64,000 nucleotides of DNA. Origin: Savitreella phatthalungensis (taxonomy: Eukaryota). The notes beneath the pieces were generated by a model. It did no database searches. It saw nothing but the letters and a program-made list of their open reading frames with translations, and was not told where the DNA came from. Location of the stretch: contig AP039699.1 in NCBI GenBank assembly GCA_051599415.1, forward strand, positions 248,001 to 312,000. Direction: 5' to 3'. The position numbers and the translations under genes were made by a program. Shown piece after piece: positions 32,166 to 42,710 of this stretch (positions are counted from its first letter, which is position 1; every line of letters starts with the position of its first letter).

Positions 32166-33602
32166 ATGAGTGATACAGATGACGCGCGAGCGTCTAGTGA
32201 CCCATCCAAATATCGTCTTGATCGCTGGCTGCAGACTAGCTTTCAAGAGAACCTCGCAAAGATGCTAGGAACAAGAATGCTTCATCTCGGAGTGACTGCT
32301 GATTGCATCACAAGCTTGACGGTAGACATGATTCGAAACGAGCTTGGCGTCACTCATCTCGGCACAGCTCTTGCCATCCATACTCAGATCCAGCGTGACT
32401 TTGCAAATCTACCATCCATCTGTCGACACAACCAATCCGATCTCATCATCACGTCACTCCATGCGCCAACTCCACTGACGCCCCGTGATCCGCGACCGTC
32501 TCTGAACAGAGCACTCTACACGTCACTAGAGCATGTCAGTGAGACAGCTTCTGATGACGCACTTGCTGCATGTATGCTCCAGGAGCGAGACCCTCCAGAA
32601 TCATCCCATAGTCTCAGTGCTCCGGCGCAGCCAAATCTCAATCTCAGACGCTCCACAGCTATCAATTTAGAGAGAACTCTGGCTTCAGATGCTTTGACAA
32701 CGACACTACAAAAACATGAGACTCATACTCAGGCTGCAAACCTTCTCGAGATTGATGATCCTAAAGATCCTTTTGCATCGATCGGGCAAAAGTTCAAGGA
32801 CATCAATTGGGAGCGTAATCTCGCTCATTGGGCTGATGAAGCTGACACCGAGATCTCCTGGCATGAAGACGAGCAAGACAAAGATACAGACGGTTCTAGC
32901 TTGATCTCTCAATACTCAATCTCCGATGATGATGCCTCGGAAGCAGCTCTACCCGCACAAAACCCAGAAATGATCAATAAGCCGGAGCGGTCGCAAGCAA
33001 CATCATCTGTCGTACCAGTTCGTCCGCCGAACAAACAGCCGCCGCCACATCCAGACACAAGCGCAAAGCCGATCAGTATTTGTTCCTCGCCGGTAACTGC
33101 ACCTCCACTCAGTGCGCAGTTCAGTTCCTCGCCCAGCGTAGGTGAGCCACCAACTGAAGCACGTCCGAAAAGGCTCTGGTTCTCACAACCACCAGTCCGG
33201 CCTATAGCTCGAACTCCTTCTCAACCACAGTCCCATACTCGCTATCGGGTTCAAACACCTCGGAGAGTCACTCCTGAGCACGCTGCCTTGTACAGAAGAC
33301 TGGTACCGAGAGACTTGACTTCTAGAGCGAGTCCCAAAAGTCCAACGCCATCGCGCGTCGCAACAGCACCTTCAAAACTACCCTACGCAACGCCAACTAA
33401 AATCAAAAGGTTTACCCCATCTGTGGAGGAAAAGGTTTTGCAGCAACTGCCTGATGGTCGATGGTCGTTCGTCACGCCAGAAGTAGCAGCAGACGCATCC
33501 CCAGCGAGAAAACCACCAAAGAGACTTGCCACTGCATCAGCTATTGCCGCTGTCGCCGAATTCTGCTTCGGCAGAGAAAAAACCGCTCGCTTGCCATACT
33601 AG
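32166..33602 (+). CDS. Hypothetical protein: possible N-terminal SAM-like domain with a Ser/Pro/Thr-rich disordered remainder
   Basis: Long ORF (first ATG 32166). VTADCITSLTVDMIRNELGVTHLGTALAI resembles a SAM core; many SP/TP sites. Confidence 0.65.
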   Translation: MSDTDDARASSDPSKYRLDRWLQTSFQENLAKMLGTRMLHLGVTADCITSLTVDMIRNELGVTHLGTALAIHTQIQRDFANLPSICRHNQSDLIITSLHAPTPLTPRDPRPSLNRALYTSLEHVSETASDDALAACMLQERDPPESSHSLSAPAQPNLNLRRSTAINLERTLASDALTTTLQKHETHTQAANLLEIDDPKDPFASIGQKFKDINWERNLAHWADEADTEISWHEDEQDKDTDGSSLISQYSISDDDASEAALPAQNPEMINKPERSQATSSVVPVRPPNKQPPPHPDTSAKPISICSSPVTAPPLSAQFSSSPSVGEPPTEARPKRLWFSQPPVRPIARTPSQPQSHTRYRVQTPRRVTPEHAALYRRLVPRDLTSRASPKSPTPSRVATAPSKLPYATPTKIKRFTPSVEEKVLQQLPDGRWSFVTPEVAADASPARKPPKRLATASAIAAVAEFCFGREKTARLPY

Positions 33603-34249
33603 CACATGAGCGTGGTTGTTGCAGACACACTGTTTTGATCGCCACAAAGCAGACTCGCTCGCTATTGTTTCTCGGCAATCAGCTCCGGAGCTCATCAGCA
33701 CTCCTGAACTCGATTGTGCTGCTGAGAATTCCCGTCTGAAAAAGAGGCCCAGGGCTTTGCGGAAATTGAAGGATGGACGATCTGCCTTTCTGGAGGGGTG
33801 ACAATCTGAAAATGAGAGAAAGGTTTGGCAAATAAAATCCTTCGTCTAGCTCAAAGTGGAATTTAACCTTCTCCAGATCCATCGCCCGCACTTGCCAGAT
33901 CCGGCTAGACCAGGCCTGTCACGAAAGTAGAATGTAAGCAAGCAGCGGCTGGTCAATCGACCTCGACCTTGCCCTCTCGTCGTCCTAGCTTCTGGATTGC
34001 TCAATCAGTAGCTCGCTCGCTCGAGTGAGACAATGACGGCGTCTTCTCTCATGGATTGCACAGCAGCTCTAAGCTACCCACTACCACTAGGACGGAATAT
34101 TTCATTCTAGCGGAGACTAACCATCGGCTCGTCGGTCTTGAAGGCTTCGGCACCGTTCAGTGACTATCAGGGAGACTGCAAGAGAACAGCAACTTAATTT
34201 CATCTTCGCCCAGTTACAGGGATCACGACTCATCGCGCGCCATCAAAAG

Positions 34250-35623
34250 ATGCGCTTGTGTACTACAATCGCTGCAGCGTTGAGCTTGGCAAGTTCTTCG
34301 CTTGCAGGTACACAAAATGATTTCTGGCGCAACTTTGACGCCAAGGGCATCAATCTTGGGAACTGGCTAATTCTCGAGGAATGGATGTCACCTGCGCTCT
34401 TCTCGCAGTACTCCGTCACTGGTGCGACAGATGAATGGACCTTCTGCCAGCAGCTCGGCAGTGATCAGTGCACGCGCGCTCTCCAAAGTCACTGGCAGTC
34501 GTTCGTCCAGGAGACAGACGTTCTCCACATGCGCGATATGGGGCTAAACCTGATACGGATACCGCTCGGGTTTTGGGCACTGATTGATCCAACTGCAGAT
34601 GAGCCATACGTGCGATCGACTCAGATGGACAACGTTGAGCGCATCCTGGGGTACGCCAGCAAGGCGGGGATTTATGTCGTCCTCGATCTCCACGGCCTTC
34701 CCGGATCGCAGAACGGCTGGGACCACAGTGGACATCAGGGACCCATTGGCTGGTACACCTCGACAAACATGCAGCGATCACTTAATGCCGTCAGTGCATT
34801 ATCTAGCTTTGTCAAGAATTCTGCGAATGGTGGTGTCGTTGCAGCGATCGAGATCGCGAACGAGCCGAACATCAACACCACCTCAACAAAGAATCAGTAT
34901 CAGACTTATATCTCTGCTGCACAGAAAATTATCTCAGCCGACAACGCCACGATGCCGATCATGTTTCACGACGGTTTCGCTGGACCAGCAGGATGGACCT
35001 CCTTCGTGAAGGACAAGTCCCTGAACTATGTGCTCGACGTCCACAGATTCTATTTTGGAGGCTCGAACAATGCGGAGAAGGCTCAGACTGACGTGTGCAG
35101 CTTCCCAGCGACGGTGAATGCTGCCAACATTGCGGCGCCAGTGTTTGTAGGGGAGTGGTCGATCTCTGTCTCTGGCGTGTTCCTCGACACGACGACGTGG
35201 CGTCGTCAATTCCTCGAGACACAATGGGCTGCGTGGATCCATGGAGGCGCAGGAGGCGCGTTTTGGTCTTACAAGGTCGAGAATCCTGACGGCTCGGAGA
35301 ACAATGGATGGTCGTACTCCGGCATCTACGCACAGGGTATTGCAAATGCAGACACCTTCAAACTCCAGAACAACCAGTGCACAGCATCCAGCTACGCACC
35401 ATCCACAGCAACCGCCGGCTCAAACTCCAACAACGCAGTCAACACCAAAGCAGGCTCAAACACAGCCAAGACAACGGCAACGGGGACCAATGTCGCTGCT
35501 GTCACCTTCGCCGGCACAGCCGCCGGCACCGGCGTCAAACAGACTTCTGACGGCCATCGGTTGCCGATTGTCGGAGGATCTATCCTCGCTGGCGCATTCC
35601 TCAGCGCTTTGCTCATCCTCTAG
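34250..35623 (+). CDS. GH5 exo-beta-1,3-glucanase-like protein, secreted and probably GPI-anchored
   Basis: Signal peptide from ATG 34250; GINLGNWLILEEWM, DEWT, IRIPLGFW, DLHGLPGSQNGWDHSG, catalytic NEP and GEWS; Ser/Thr/Ala stalk and hydrophobic C-terminus. Confidence 0.92.
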   Translation: MRLCTTIAAALSLASSSLAGTQNDFWRNFDAKGINLGNWLILEEWMSPALFSQYSVTGATDEWTFCQQLGSDQCTRALQSHWQSFVQETDVLHMRDMGLNLIRIPLGFWALIDPTADEPYVRSTQMDNVERILGYASKAGIYVVLDLHGLPGSQNGWDHSGHQGPIGWYTSTNMQRSLNAVSALSSFVKNSANGGVVAAIEIANEPNINTTSTKNQYQTYISAAQKIISADNATMPIMFHDGFAGPAGWTSFVKDKSLNYVLDVHRFYFGGSNNAEKAQTDVCSFPATVNAANIAAPVFVGEWSISVSGVFLDTTTWRRQFLETQWAAWIHGGAGGAFWSYKVENPDGSENNGWSYSGIYAQGIANADTFKLQNNQCTASSYAPSTATAGSNSNNAVNTKAGSNTAKTTATGTNVAAVTFAGTAAGTGVKQTSDGHRLPIVGGSILAGAFLSALLIL

Positions 35624-35708
35624 ACTGCTACCCTAGATTCCCGATTTAACGAATTCAATCATGTCCATGTCATCTACTCGTACGTTTACAGCTGTCCCTG
35701 ATTGCCCC

Positions 35709-36806
35709 TCACTCGTACCCGTACAGCCACGATGAAGACTCTGGTGGGAGCCAGGTATGATCGAGATCGTCGCAAGCTTCGTCGCGTGACTGACGCTTCG
35801 CGTGTGTATTCTGTGTGGGTGGAACGAGCTGCGTGAAGGCGTAGATCGCCTGGCTATCACCGACCCAGCGACTGTATGAATCATCAACGTTGGTCTCTGT
35901 ATCGCCACAAGCCCGCAAGCGAGCTTCTGCTGCGGCAGCGGTCTCTGTCACTCCTGCGACCGGAGACAGTTCGTCAGCGGCCTCCTCCGCCTCGTGGTCA
36001 GCGAACAGCCGGAGCTGCGCAAGTGAGCGTGACCTCACTGGTGTCGGCGATGGCGGTGATACCAAAGTCACAGGCATATCGTAGTACCGCTCACAAGCGA
36101 TGGACGACGGTACTTCCCTTACGACTGCGTCAAAGTGACGAGCTCGCGTAGGCGTCTCAAACACCACACTGCTGCGATCGTCCACCTCCACCCCACCGCC
36201 AAAACTCACAGCCGTCACGAACGAATCGTCCGTAAACCCCGTACAGTCAGTCGCGCAGCTCTTCTGTCGCGACGGCGGCGACGTACGGCCGCACAACTCA
36301 TCATGCGCAAGCAACCCTTCGCTCCCGTCCACAAGTGTCTCACCACACCCCTCAAACACAGCCTGCGAGTCGTCAACAAACGCATCCTGGAAACCGAACG
36401 CTTGCCGCGCGGTACGTTTCACACCGGTATGTGAGCGGCCGTAGGTGTTCTCCTTGTAGAGCTCCCACGACTGTCCTAGACGCTCCTGCTCTTCGTCATC
36501 TCCGACTCTGTGGGTAACGTCGTACCGGTACTCGTCCGGCTGGATCAGCCTGACTGGGAAGCCGGCGCCGAAGCGGGTCTCGTCGCGTATGGACTTCTTT
36601 CCCCAGGAGACAGGCGTCGCAGGGAGTCCGATGGCGAGATTGCTGACATTCGATGACACAAGGCGCGTCTGGAGTGGCGGTCTGTGCTTCTTTACAGTGC
36701 GGCCAATGCGGCCGGTAGAGTACCAGCCAGCGCTATGGCTACTGCCATCGCGATCCACGCGACGTCCAGCCGTACTCCGCCCACCAGCAGACCCAGGCGT
36801 ATACAT
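35709..36806 (-). CDS. Hypothetical protein (365 aa)
   Basis: ATG-initiated ORF filling the gap between neighbouring genes; no recognised domain. Confidence 0.65.
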   Translation of the reverse strand: MYTPGSAGGRSTAGRRVDRDGSSHSAGWYSTGRIGRTVKKHRPPLQTRLVSSNVSNLAIGLPATPVSWGKKSIRDETRFGAGFPVRLIQPDEYRYDVTHRVGDDEEQERLGQSWELYKENTYGRSHTGVKRTARQAFGFQDAFVDDSQAVFEGCGETLVDGSEGLLAHDELCGRTSPPSRQKSCATDCTGFTDDSFVTAVSFGGGVEVDDRSSVVFETPTRARHFDAVVREVPSSIACERYYDMPVTLVSPPSPTPVRSRSLAQLRLFADHEAEEAADELSPVAGVTETAAAAEARLRACGDTETNVDDSYSRWVGDSQAIYAFTQLVPPTQNTHAKRQSRDEACDDLDHTWLPPESSSWLYGYE

Positions 36807-37196
36807 ATGAGATATTGCTAGTGTATGAGACTCATCTGACGCGTCTGCGACTGATGTAGAGGCGTGATTGTACTTCTAGTCGCGTCTTCTCCTGATGTGA
36901 TTGATCTCGGTATCCTCGTACACGCGTTGATGACCGAATTTTGCCTGTCAATCGTGCATGATTGATCAGATGATGAAATGCACGGGGTGTCACAGACAAT
37001 CATAGAGATTGATCAGGCACCAAATGCACGTACACACACTTCATCAACATCATCGACAACATCCTCCATCTTCTGACCTTCTGACAATCTTTACTGCTTG
37101 CTTATAGCCCCTCAGACCCGTATATTCTCTAGTGCACTTGACCGCCGGGAGTCTAAGACCAAAACTGACGACGTTTTGGGAGCTCGCCCTCTCTCA

Positions 37197-39599
37197 ATGC
37201 CAGGCAGAACGAAGCCGCGCAAGACTAATGAACAGCGGCAAGCACAGCGCAAGGCTGAGCTCGATGCTCTGAAGGATCTACAGAGCCAAGTAGACGAGTT
37301 CGACGCTGATGGGATCAACAACGATATCACCAACTTCACAGATCTGCCACTATCGAAGCAGACGCAGACGGGACTTAAGCTTTCCGGCTTCACGGACCTC
37401 ACGGACATCCAGCGTCGAGCCATTCCCTTGGTACTTAAGGGTCGCGATGTGCTTGGGGCTGCACGCACAGGGTCTGGCAAGACTCTGGCTTTCTTGATCC
37501 CTATGCTAGAGCTTCTGTTCCGTCAGAACTGGACTGCCTACGACGGCCTTGGTGCACTTGTCATCTCACCCACGCGCGAGCTCGCTCTGCAGATTTTCGA
37601 GGTCTTGAGGAAGATCGGTCGTGCTCATGGCTTCTCTGCTGGACTTGTTATCGGAGGCAAGGATCTCAAAGATGAGCGGGAAAGGATGATGAAGATGAAT
37701 ATCTTGGTCTGTACGCCTGGCAGGTTGCTCCAGCACATGGATCAGACTGCGGGCTTCGGTGCGGATAACCTGCAGATGCTAATTCTCGACGAGGCAGACA
37801 GGATCTTAGATATGGGTTTTCGAAGAACGCTCGACGCCATCGTCGGCAACCTGCCGCGCGGACGCCAGACACTCCTCTTCTCTGCCACCCAGACGAAATC
37901 CGTCAAAGACCTCGCACGTCTGTCCCTGAAAGACCCGGAGTACGTTGCCGTCCATGAGAAAGCAGAGTCAGCAACACCAGCAACACTCCAGCAGAATTAC
38001 GTCCAAGTCGGCTTGAGCGAGAAGCTCGACATGCTCTACGCATTCATCAAATCACACCTGAAGTGCAAGGCAATTGTGTTCTTGTCGACCTCGAAGCAGG
38101 TCCGGTTTGCGTATGAGACATTTCGACAACTGCATCCGGGTGTGCCGCTTGCGCACCTGCACGGCCGACAGAAACAGACTGCGCGTGCGGACGTGGTCCG
38201 CAAATTTGACAGTTCGCAGCACTGCTACCTGTTCTGCACGGACGTGGCCGCACGAGGACTGGATTTCTCCCAGGTCGATTGGGTGGTCCAGGTGGACTGT
38301 CCCGAGGATGCAGACACGTACATCCACCGCGTCGGACGAACCGCTCGCAACGGCAAGGACGGCAAGGCGCTGCTGTTCCTGCTACCGTCGGAGGAAGGAG
38401 CTTTCCTCGCACGTCTGAAAACGAAGAAGGTCGTGTGCGACCGAATCAACGTCCGACAGAACAAGAAGCAGTCCATCAAGTCACAACTTCAACACCTCTG
38501 CTTTAAGGATGCAGACGTCAAGTACCTCGGTCAGAAGGCGTTCGTCTCGTACGTCAAATCCGTCTTTCTTCACAAGGACAAGGACGTCTTCAAACTCGCA
38601 CAGCTCCCATTGGATGAGTTCGCAGCCAGCCTGGGCTTACCAGGCGCACCTCGCGTCAAGTTCATTGCAGCCGCTCAGCAGAAGGCCCTCAAAAACGCCA
38701 AGCTCGATCCGGGAAGCGACGTCTCTGAGAACGAGAATGACGAGGAAGAACAGCCAGCTCCGACGGGGGCAAAAGGGAAGCGCACCCGTCTCGAACGCAT
38801 GTTTGAGCGTCGAAATCAGGATGTTCTAGCCTCTCATCGGACGAATCTGATCGACAACGATGGCGACAGTGATGGATCATCTGAATCTGGGACATCGGAC
38901 TCTGATGCCTCGGTAGAGGATGTGCCTGACGAGACTGCTGACGCGGACATCGATGACGACTTTCTTCGAGTCAAACGAGCCGATCACAGCATTACCGACC
39001 TGGATCCTGCACCGTCTCAGTCCGAGGGTGCGCTCATCAAACCTGATTCGCGACGAGCGGCGAAGGAAGCCCTATCCCGACGGAAGACACTCCAGCGGAC
39101 GTCAGCGCCTTCGACGAAGCTCGTTTTCGACGACGATGGTCAAGTCCACAACGCCTACGCGTTTGGCGACGAGAAGGCGCTTGGTAACGACGTTGCAGAC
39201 CAGATCGCTCAGGAGAGACAGCGTGGGCGGGACGAGATGGTGGAGGCGGATATCGTCGACAAGCACACGGTCAAGCAGAAGCGCAGGGATCTCAAACTGC
39301 GACAGCTTGACCGCGCTCGTCGCCAAGCGCAGGACAGTGATGACGAGGTAGAAGTCATCATCGGTCGCGACAGCGACAGCGACGGTGAACAGGAGGACAC
39401 GGGCAAGCGCAAGAAGAAGTGGTTCGAGGAAGCGTACGACGCTAAGCGCGACGCAGCAGACGCAAAGCGACAGAGACTTATCTCCGCAGACGCCAGAATC
39501 GCAAGCGGTAGAAAACCAGCAGTCGCAACAGACGAGATCCCGGAAGACCTGGCTGGTCAAGAAGCGCTCGCTCTGCGGCTGCTCAACGGCACGGTGTGA
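37197..39599 (+). CDS. DBP4: DEAD-box RNA helicase Dbp4/Hca4 (DDX10)
   Basis: ARTGSGKTLAF, PTRELA, CTPGRLLQHMDQT, DEAD, FSATQT, HRVGRTAR, KYLGQKAFVSY..S, ASLGLPGAP; acidic C-terminus. First ATG is 37197. Confidence 0.95.
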   Translation: MPGRTKPRKTNEQRQAQRKAELDALKDLQSQVDEFDADGINNDITNFTDLPLSKQTQTGLKLSGFTDLTDIQRRAIPLVLKGRDVLGAARTGSGKTLAFLIPMLELLFRQNWTAYDGLGALVISPTRELALQIFEVLRKIGRAHGFSAGLVIGGKDLKDERERMMKMNILVCTPGRLLQHMDQTAGFGADNLQMLILDEADRILDMGFRRTLDAIVGNLPRGRQTLLFSATQTKSVKDLARLSLKDPEYVAVHEKAESATPATLQQNYVQVGLSEKLDMLYAFIKSHLKCKAIVFLSTSKQVRFAYETFRQLHPGVPLAHLHGRQKQTARADVVRKFDSSQHCYLFCTDVAARGLDFSQVDWVVQVDCPEDADTYIHRVGRTARNGKDGKALLFLLPSEEGAFLARLKTKKVVCDRINVRQNKKQSIKSQLQHLCFKDADVKYLGQKAFVSYVKSVFLHKDKDVFKLAQLPLDEFAASLGLPGAPRVKFIAAAQQKALKNAKLDPGSDVSENENDEEEQPAPTGAKGKRTRLERMFERRNQDVLASHRTNLIDNDGDSDGSSESGTSDSDASVEDVPDETADADIDDDFLRVKRADHSITDLDPAPSQSEGALIKPDSRRAAKEALSRRKTLQRTSAPSTKLVFDDDGQVHNAYAFGDEKALGNDVADQIAQERQRGRDEMVEADIVDKHTVKQKRRDLKLRQLDRARRQAQDSDDEVEVIIGRDSDSDGEQEDTGKRKKKWFEEAYDAKRDAADAKRQRLISADARIASGRKPAVATDEIPEDLAGQEALALRLLNGTV

Positions 39600-39646
39600 T
39601 AGCGGTGCGGGTAATGTAGAAATACAATATGTGGAAGGATACGGAC

Positions 39647-42607
39647 TTAGACTTCATCGTGGATGGTGGTCTCGGTATGGAGGAAGGTCTGAAGTCGTGC
39701 TAGGACTTGAGTCAGTTGAGGTGCGAGGGCTGCGTCGTCAGCGATGGCGAGCAGCAGGCGTGATTGGAGCGTGTGCCAGATATGGATGTTGGTGGTGAGT
39801 GTCTTGCGGATCTGAGGAATCTCGTCACCAGACTTGATCACGTTCCGCAAGATCAAAGTGGCAGCTAACGCAGTTCCGCGAGCGTCGTTCTTGTCGTCCC
39901 GAGGTGTGATTCGCCGGACAATGTCGATGGTCGATGGTCGCGTGGTTGCCGGTGTCTGTGCCGAGGTGTTTGTGGATGATTTATTGGTGGCCGGCGCATT
40001 CTTCTCCACAGAGGGAGCAGGGGTGTCAGGGAGCGCTTCGTCAGGCATGTGGATGAGGACATGGCGTTTCACGTGTCGTCGCTCTGCTTGGTCGGGCGGG
40101 TGGAATCGACCACAGCCTGCCCAGCCGCACGAGATCTTCTCTGTCGGGGTGGCGATGACCGGAGTCGCGGTGGCGTTTGTTTGTGGGATTGTGCCAGAGG
40201 GGAGGGCGCCATTGGCGACTGCAGGAAGGGTACTCTTGAGGGCGATGTCAATGTGCTTTTTGCAGACGTGGCTGAAGAGGTCGCCTGGTGTGGCGAAGAA
40301 GGCAGAGCAGGTGGACTTCTGTGCCTCGTCCACCACCCACTTGCACGCGTGGTAGTGACGTCGGCCTGATGGTGAGACCGGTGCCGCACGAGGCCGAATA
40401 CCACGGATAATGAAGCGATTGCCGTCAGGTCCAGGCACGACCATTGCCTGAGCGCCGGCGAAGGCATTACCGACCATTTTGATGAGATCAGCAGCCGGCA
40501 GCAGAGGTACACCAGCCGGCTTCGGTGGCGCCGGAGAGCCGTCAGTCGGGTTCGTCGGCGTGGTCGGGACGACGTGCGGCTGGAAACGGCCCCTGTACGA
40601 CTGCCAGAGCTGAATCTGCGTAACGTCGTCACTGGCATCATCCTCAAAAGATGCGCGCATCCAGGCAATCGCACGCGACGGCTCCTGCATGCGCAACAAA
40701 TCATCAATGATGTCCTGTGGGAGGTCGGGTGGACCGGATGGTCGCTGTGGAGCGGCTGCTTTCGCTCGAGCGGGAATGCTGCTTGCAGCTTTGGCTACTG
40801 GGACCTGCTCCACGCGCACTTCGCTGTCGAAGTCGAGAAGTTCAAGGACTTTCTGCAGAAGTGGACGGAGATGCTCGCTCTCGACAAGTGCTCGGACGTT
40901 TGCACGATACGTCGTGTACTGGAACAGGAAGTCGCAGATGGCACCTGCAAGCTCCGGGTCGGTCTGGTCGGCGAGCTGCGAGAGCCGGCCGATGGTGTCC
41001 AACTTGACGTCCTGCAGCAGTCTGTTGTTGTCGTCTGTGCAGCTGAGTCGTGTGAGCACGCGCAGCCCACACACGAGATCTGCACGGTCATGAGACGAGA
41101 GCTTCACAACGAGCGCACGGTAGATGGCGTCTTCTTCAGACGAGGCACTCAGATGAGTGGCAAGAAGATCAGTCAGCTCCATACAATAGCCACGCAACTC
41201 CACCTGAGCGTTACCCATCGCACCGAGCTTGAGACCACCGACCAGAACGTCCGTCAGATTAGGCAGTTTGCCTAGATATTTGGCGTTGTCGGTGTTGAGA
41301 GCGAGATTACGGAGGACGAGGGCTGCGTCGAGATACTGCTGGACGTTATCGATTGGCTTGAGTGTTGCGAAGTATCGCGTGCTCGTTCGAAGCCTCTTAG
41401 TGGCGGGCGCTTCATCACTGTCCGAAGTCGGCGTGGGCGGCGCAAGCACATTGACAGCTTCAATGCCGCGCTGCACGTTCATGAGCAACGTCTCTGCCAG
41501 TCCTGGAGTGTGCTCGAACTGCACTTCGTCACCGAGCTCGTACGCGGCACGCATGAGCAAGCCCATGGCCCAGGCAACCTCGTCCGTCATACCACTTTTC
41601 AGAGAAAGCATGATCCGACCAAGAAGCTGTCTAGTGACGCGCGTGTCAAGTGGCTCAAGAGGGCCTGTTGCATCGGGCACGGGCACGGGGATCGGGTGAA
41701 GGACGTCTTGCGCTCCTGGCGTCAATGTGGCACTGTCGTAGGGTCCACTTGTCGCTGTGCGCTGCAGGCGAGTGTTGGAATTGGCCGGACGCGGTGGCAT
41801 TCCGTACGGCTGTCCTGTACTAGGCGCATTCAGGTTGATATTCTGCACGAATGGGTTCTGATAATGTTGGGAGACGCCGGTGATTGAGCCGTACCCAGGA
41901 ACGGGACCGTAGGAGGGAGGATGCATGGGTCCTGTCTGCATCATGGTGACCTGGGCTGGAGGCTGCTGGGGTTGCGCGATTGGCGGTGGACGGGAAGGGG
42001 TGGCATGGGTCTTTGGCTCCTTCTGCGGCGTGTTGGCGGCCTTTTGTGCTCTGATCTGCTCACGTCGCTGCGCAAGCATGGTCGCTTGAACCTGGGGATC
42101 CTTCATTTCTGGACGCTTCATGATTGCTCCTCCTCTAGCTGTCATCTGCTCGAGAAGTTCCGGCGGAGGAGGCTTCTTTCCCCAATGGTGCTCGATCTCG
42201 TATGCGCAGAGGTTCTTATAGTAGATTGTCTTGAGAAGGTATCCTGGCATACCGGCATTTGACATTGGAGGACAATTGTAGTCTTCTGCGATCTTGCGCC
42301 ATGCCATGCTCTGCTCTGAAACTGCATCATATCCACCTCTTGCTAGCACTTTCCGGTAGAGCTTCAAGAGGTCTAGCCTGCGAGGACCAAGTGCGGGCTC
42401 TCCATTGTTCTGAAGCGTTGTGCCACGCTTGATATGGTATTCTCTCAAGGATTGGATGAATCGAGCGTACTCTGCTGTACGCTCAATGTCTGTGTCTTCT
42501 GTCTGCTTGATGAATCCTGCTAATGGGACATTTTGCGCATTGCCGCTGTTATTGCTGTTGGTATTGTTGTCCCTGGACAAGCCTGCCGGGCTGGCTAGTG
42601 GAGCCAT
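39647..42607 (-). CDS. RSC9: RSC chromatin-remodelling subunit Rsc9 (ARID + armadillo-like + RFX + C2H2)
   Basis: ARID motifs LDLLKLYRKVLARGGYDAV..W and LKTIYYKNLCAYE; LSLKSG..DEVAWA; RFX-like AWMRASFE..TQIQLWQSY..F..AADLIKMV..F.IRGIRPR; two C2H2-like fingers. First ATG is 42607. Confidence 0.88.
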   Translation of the reverse strand: MAPLASPAGLSRDNNTNSNNSGNAQNVPLAGFIKQTEDTDIERTAEYARFIQSLREYHIKRGTTLQNNGEPALGPRRLDLLKLYRKVLARGGYDAVSEQSMAWRKIAEDYNCPPMSNAGMPGYLLKTIYYKNLCAYEIEHHWGKKPPPPELLEQMTARGGAIMKRPEMKDPQVQATMLAQRREQIRAQKAANTPQKEPKTHATPSRPPPIAQPQQPPAQVTMMQTGPMHPPSYGPVPGYGSITGVSQHYQNPFVQNINLNAPSTGQPYGMPPRPANSNTRLQRTATSGPYDSATLTPGAQDVLHPIPVPVPDATGPLEPLDTRVTRQLLGRIMLSLKSGMTDEVAWAMGLLMRAAYELGDEVQFEHTPGLAETLLMNVQRGIEAVNVLAPPTPTSDSDEAPATKRLRTSTRYFATLKPIDNVQQYLDAALVLRNLALNTDNAKYLGKLPNLTDVLVGGLKLGAMGNAQVELRGYCMELTDLLATHLSASSEEDAIYRALVVKLSSHDRADLVCGLRVLTRLSCTDDNNRLLQDVKLDTIGRLSQLADQTDPELAGAICDFLFQYTTYRANVRALVESEHLRPLLQKVLELLDFDSEVRVEQVPVAKAASSIPARAKAAAPQRPSGPPDLPQDIIDDLLRMQEPSRAIAWMRASFEDDASDDVTQIQLWQSYRGRFQPHVVPTTPTNPTDGSPAPPKPAGVPLLPAADLIKMVGNAFAGAQAMVVPGPDGNRFIIRGIRPRAAPVSPSGRRHYHACKWVVDEAQKSTCSAFFATPGDLFSHVCKKHIDIALKSTLPAVANGALPSGTIPQTNATATPVIATPTEKISCGWAGCGRFHPPDQAERRHVKRHVLIHMPDEALPDTPAPSVEKNAPATNKSSTNTSAQTPATTRPSTIDIVRRITPRDDKNDARGTALAATLILRNVIKSGDEIPQIRKTLTTNIHIWHTLQSRLLLAIADDAALAPQLTQVLARLQTFLHTETTIHDEV

Positions 42608-42673
42608 AGGCTTGAAGAAAGAGTGTACCTTCAATGGGAGAATGAAGGATGTGGAGAGTAGAAGCGAAAGAGA

Positions 42674-42710
42674 GAGGGAGGGAGAGGGAGAGGGAGAGGG
42701 AGAGGGAGAG
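42674..42710. repeat. (GAGGGA)n repeat in the RSC9 5' region
   Basis: Hexamer purine repeat visible in the sequence. Confidence 0.85.

Noticed and set aside
33600..33801. Stop read-through or editing joining the SAM-like orphan to ORF 33616-33801
   Set aside because: A second in-frame stop follows after 11 codons and no convincing intron links the frames.
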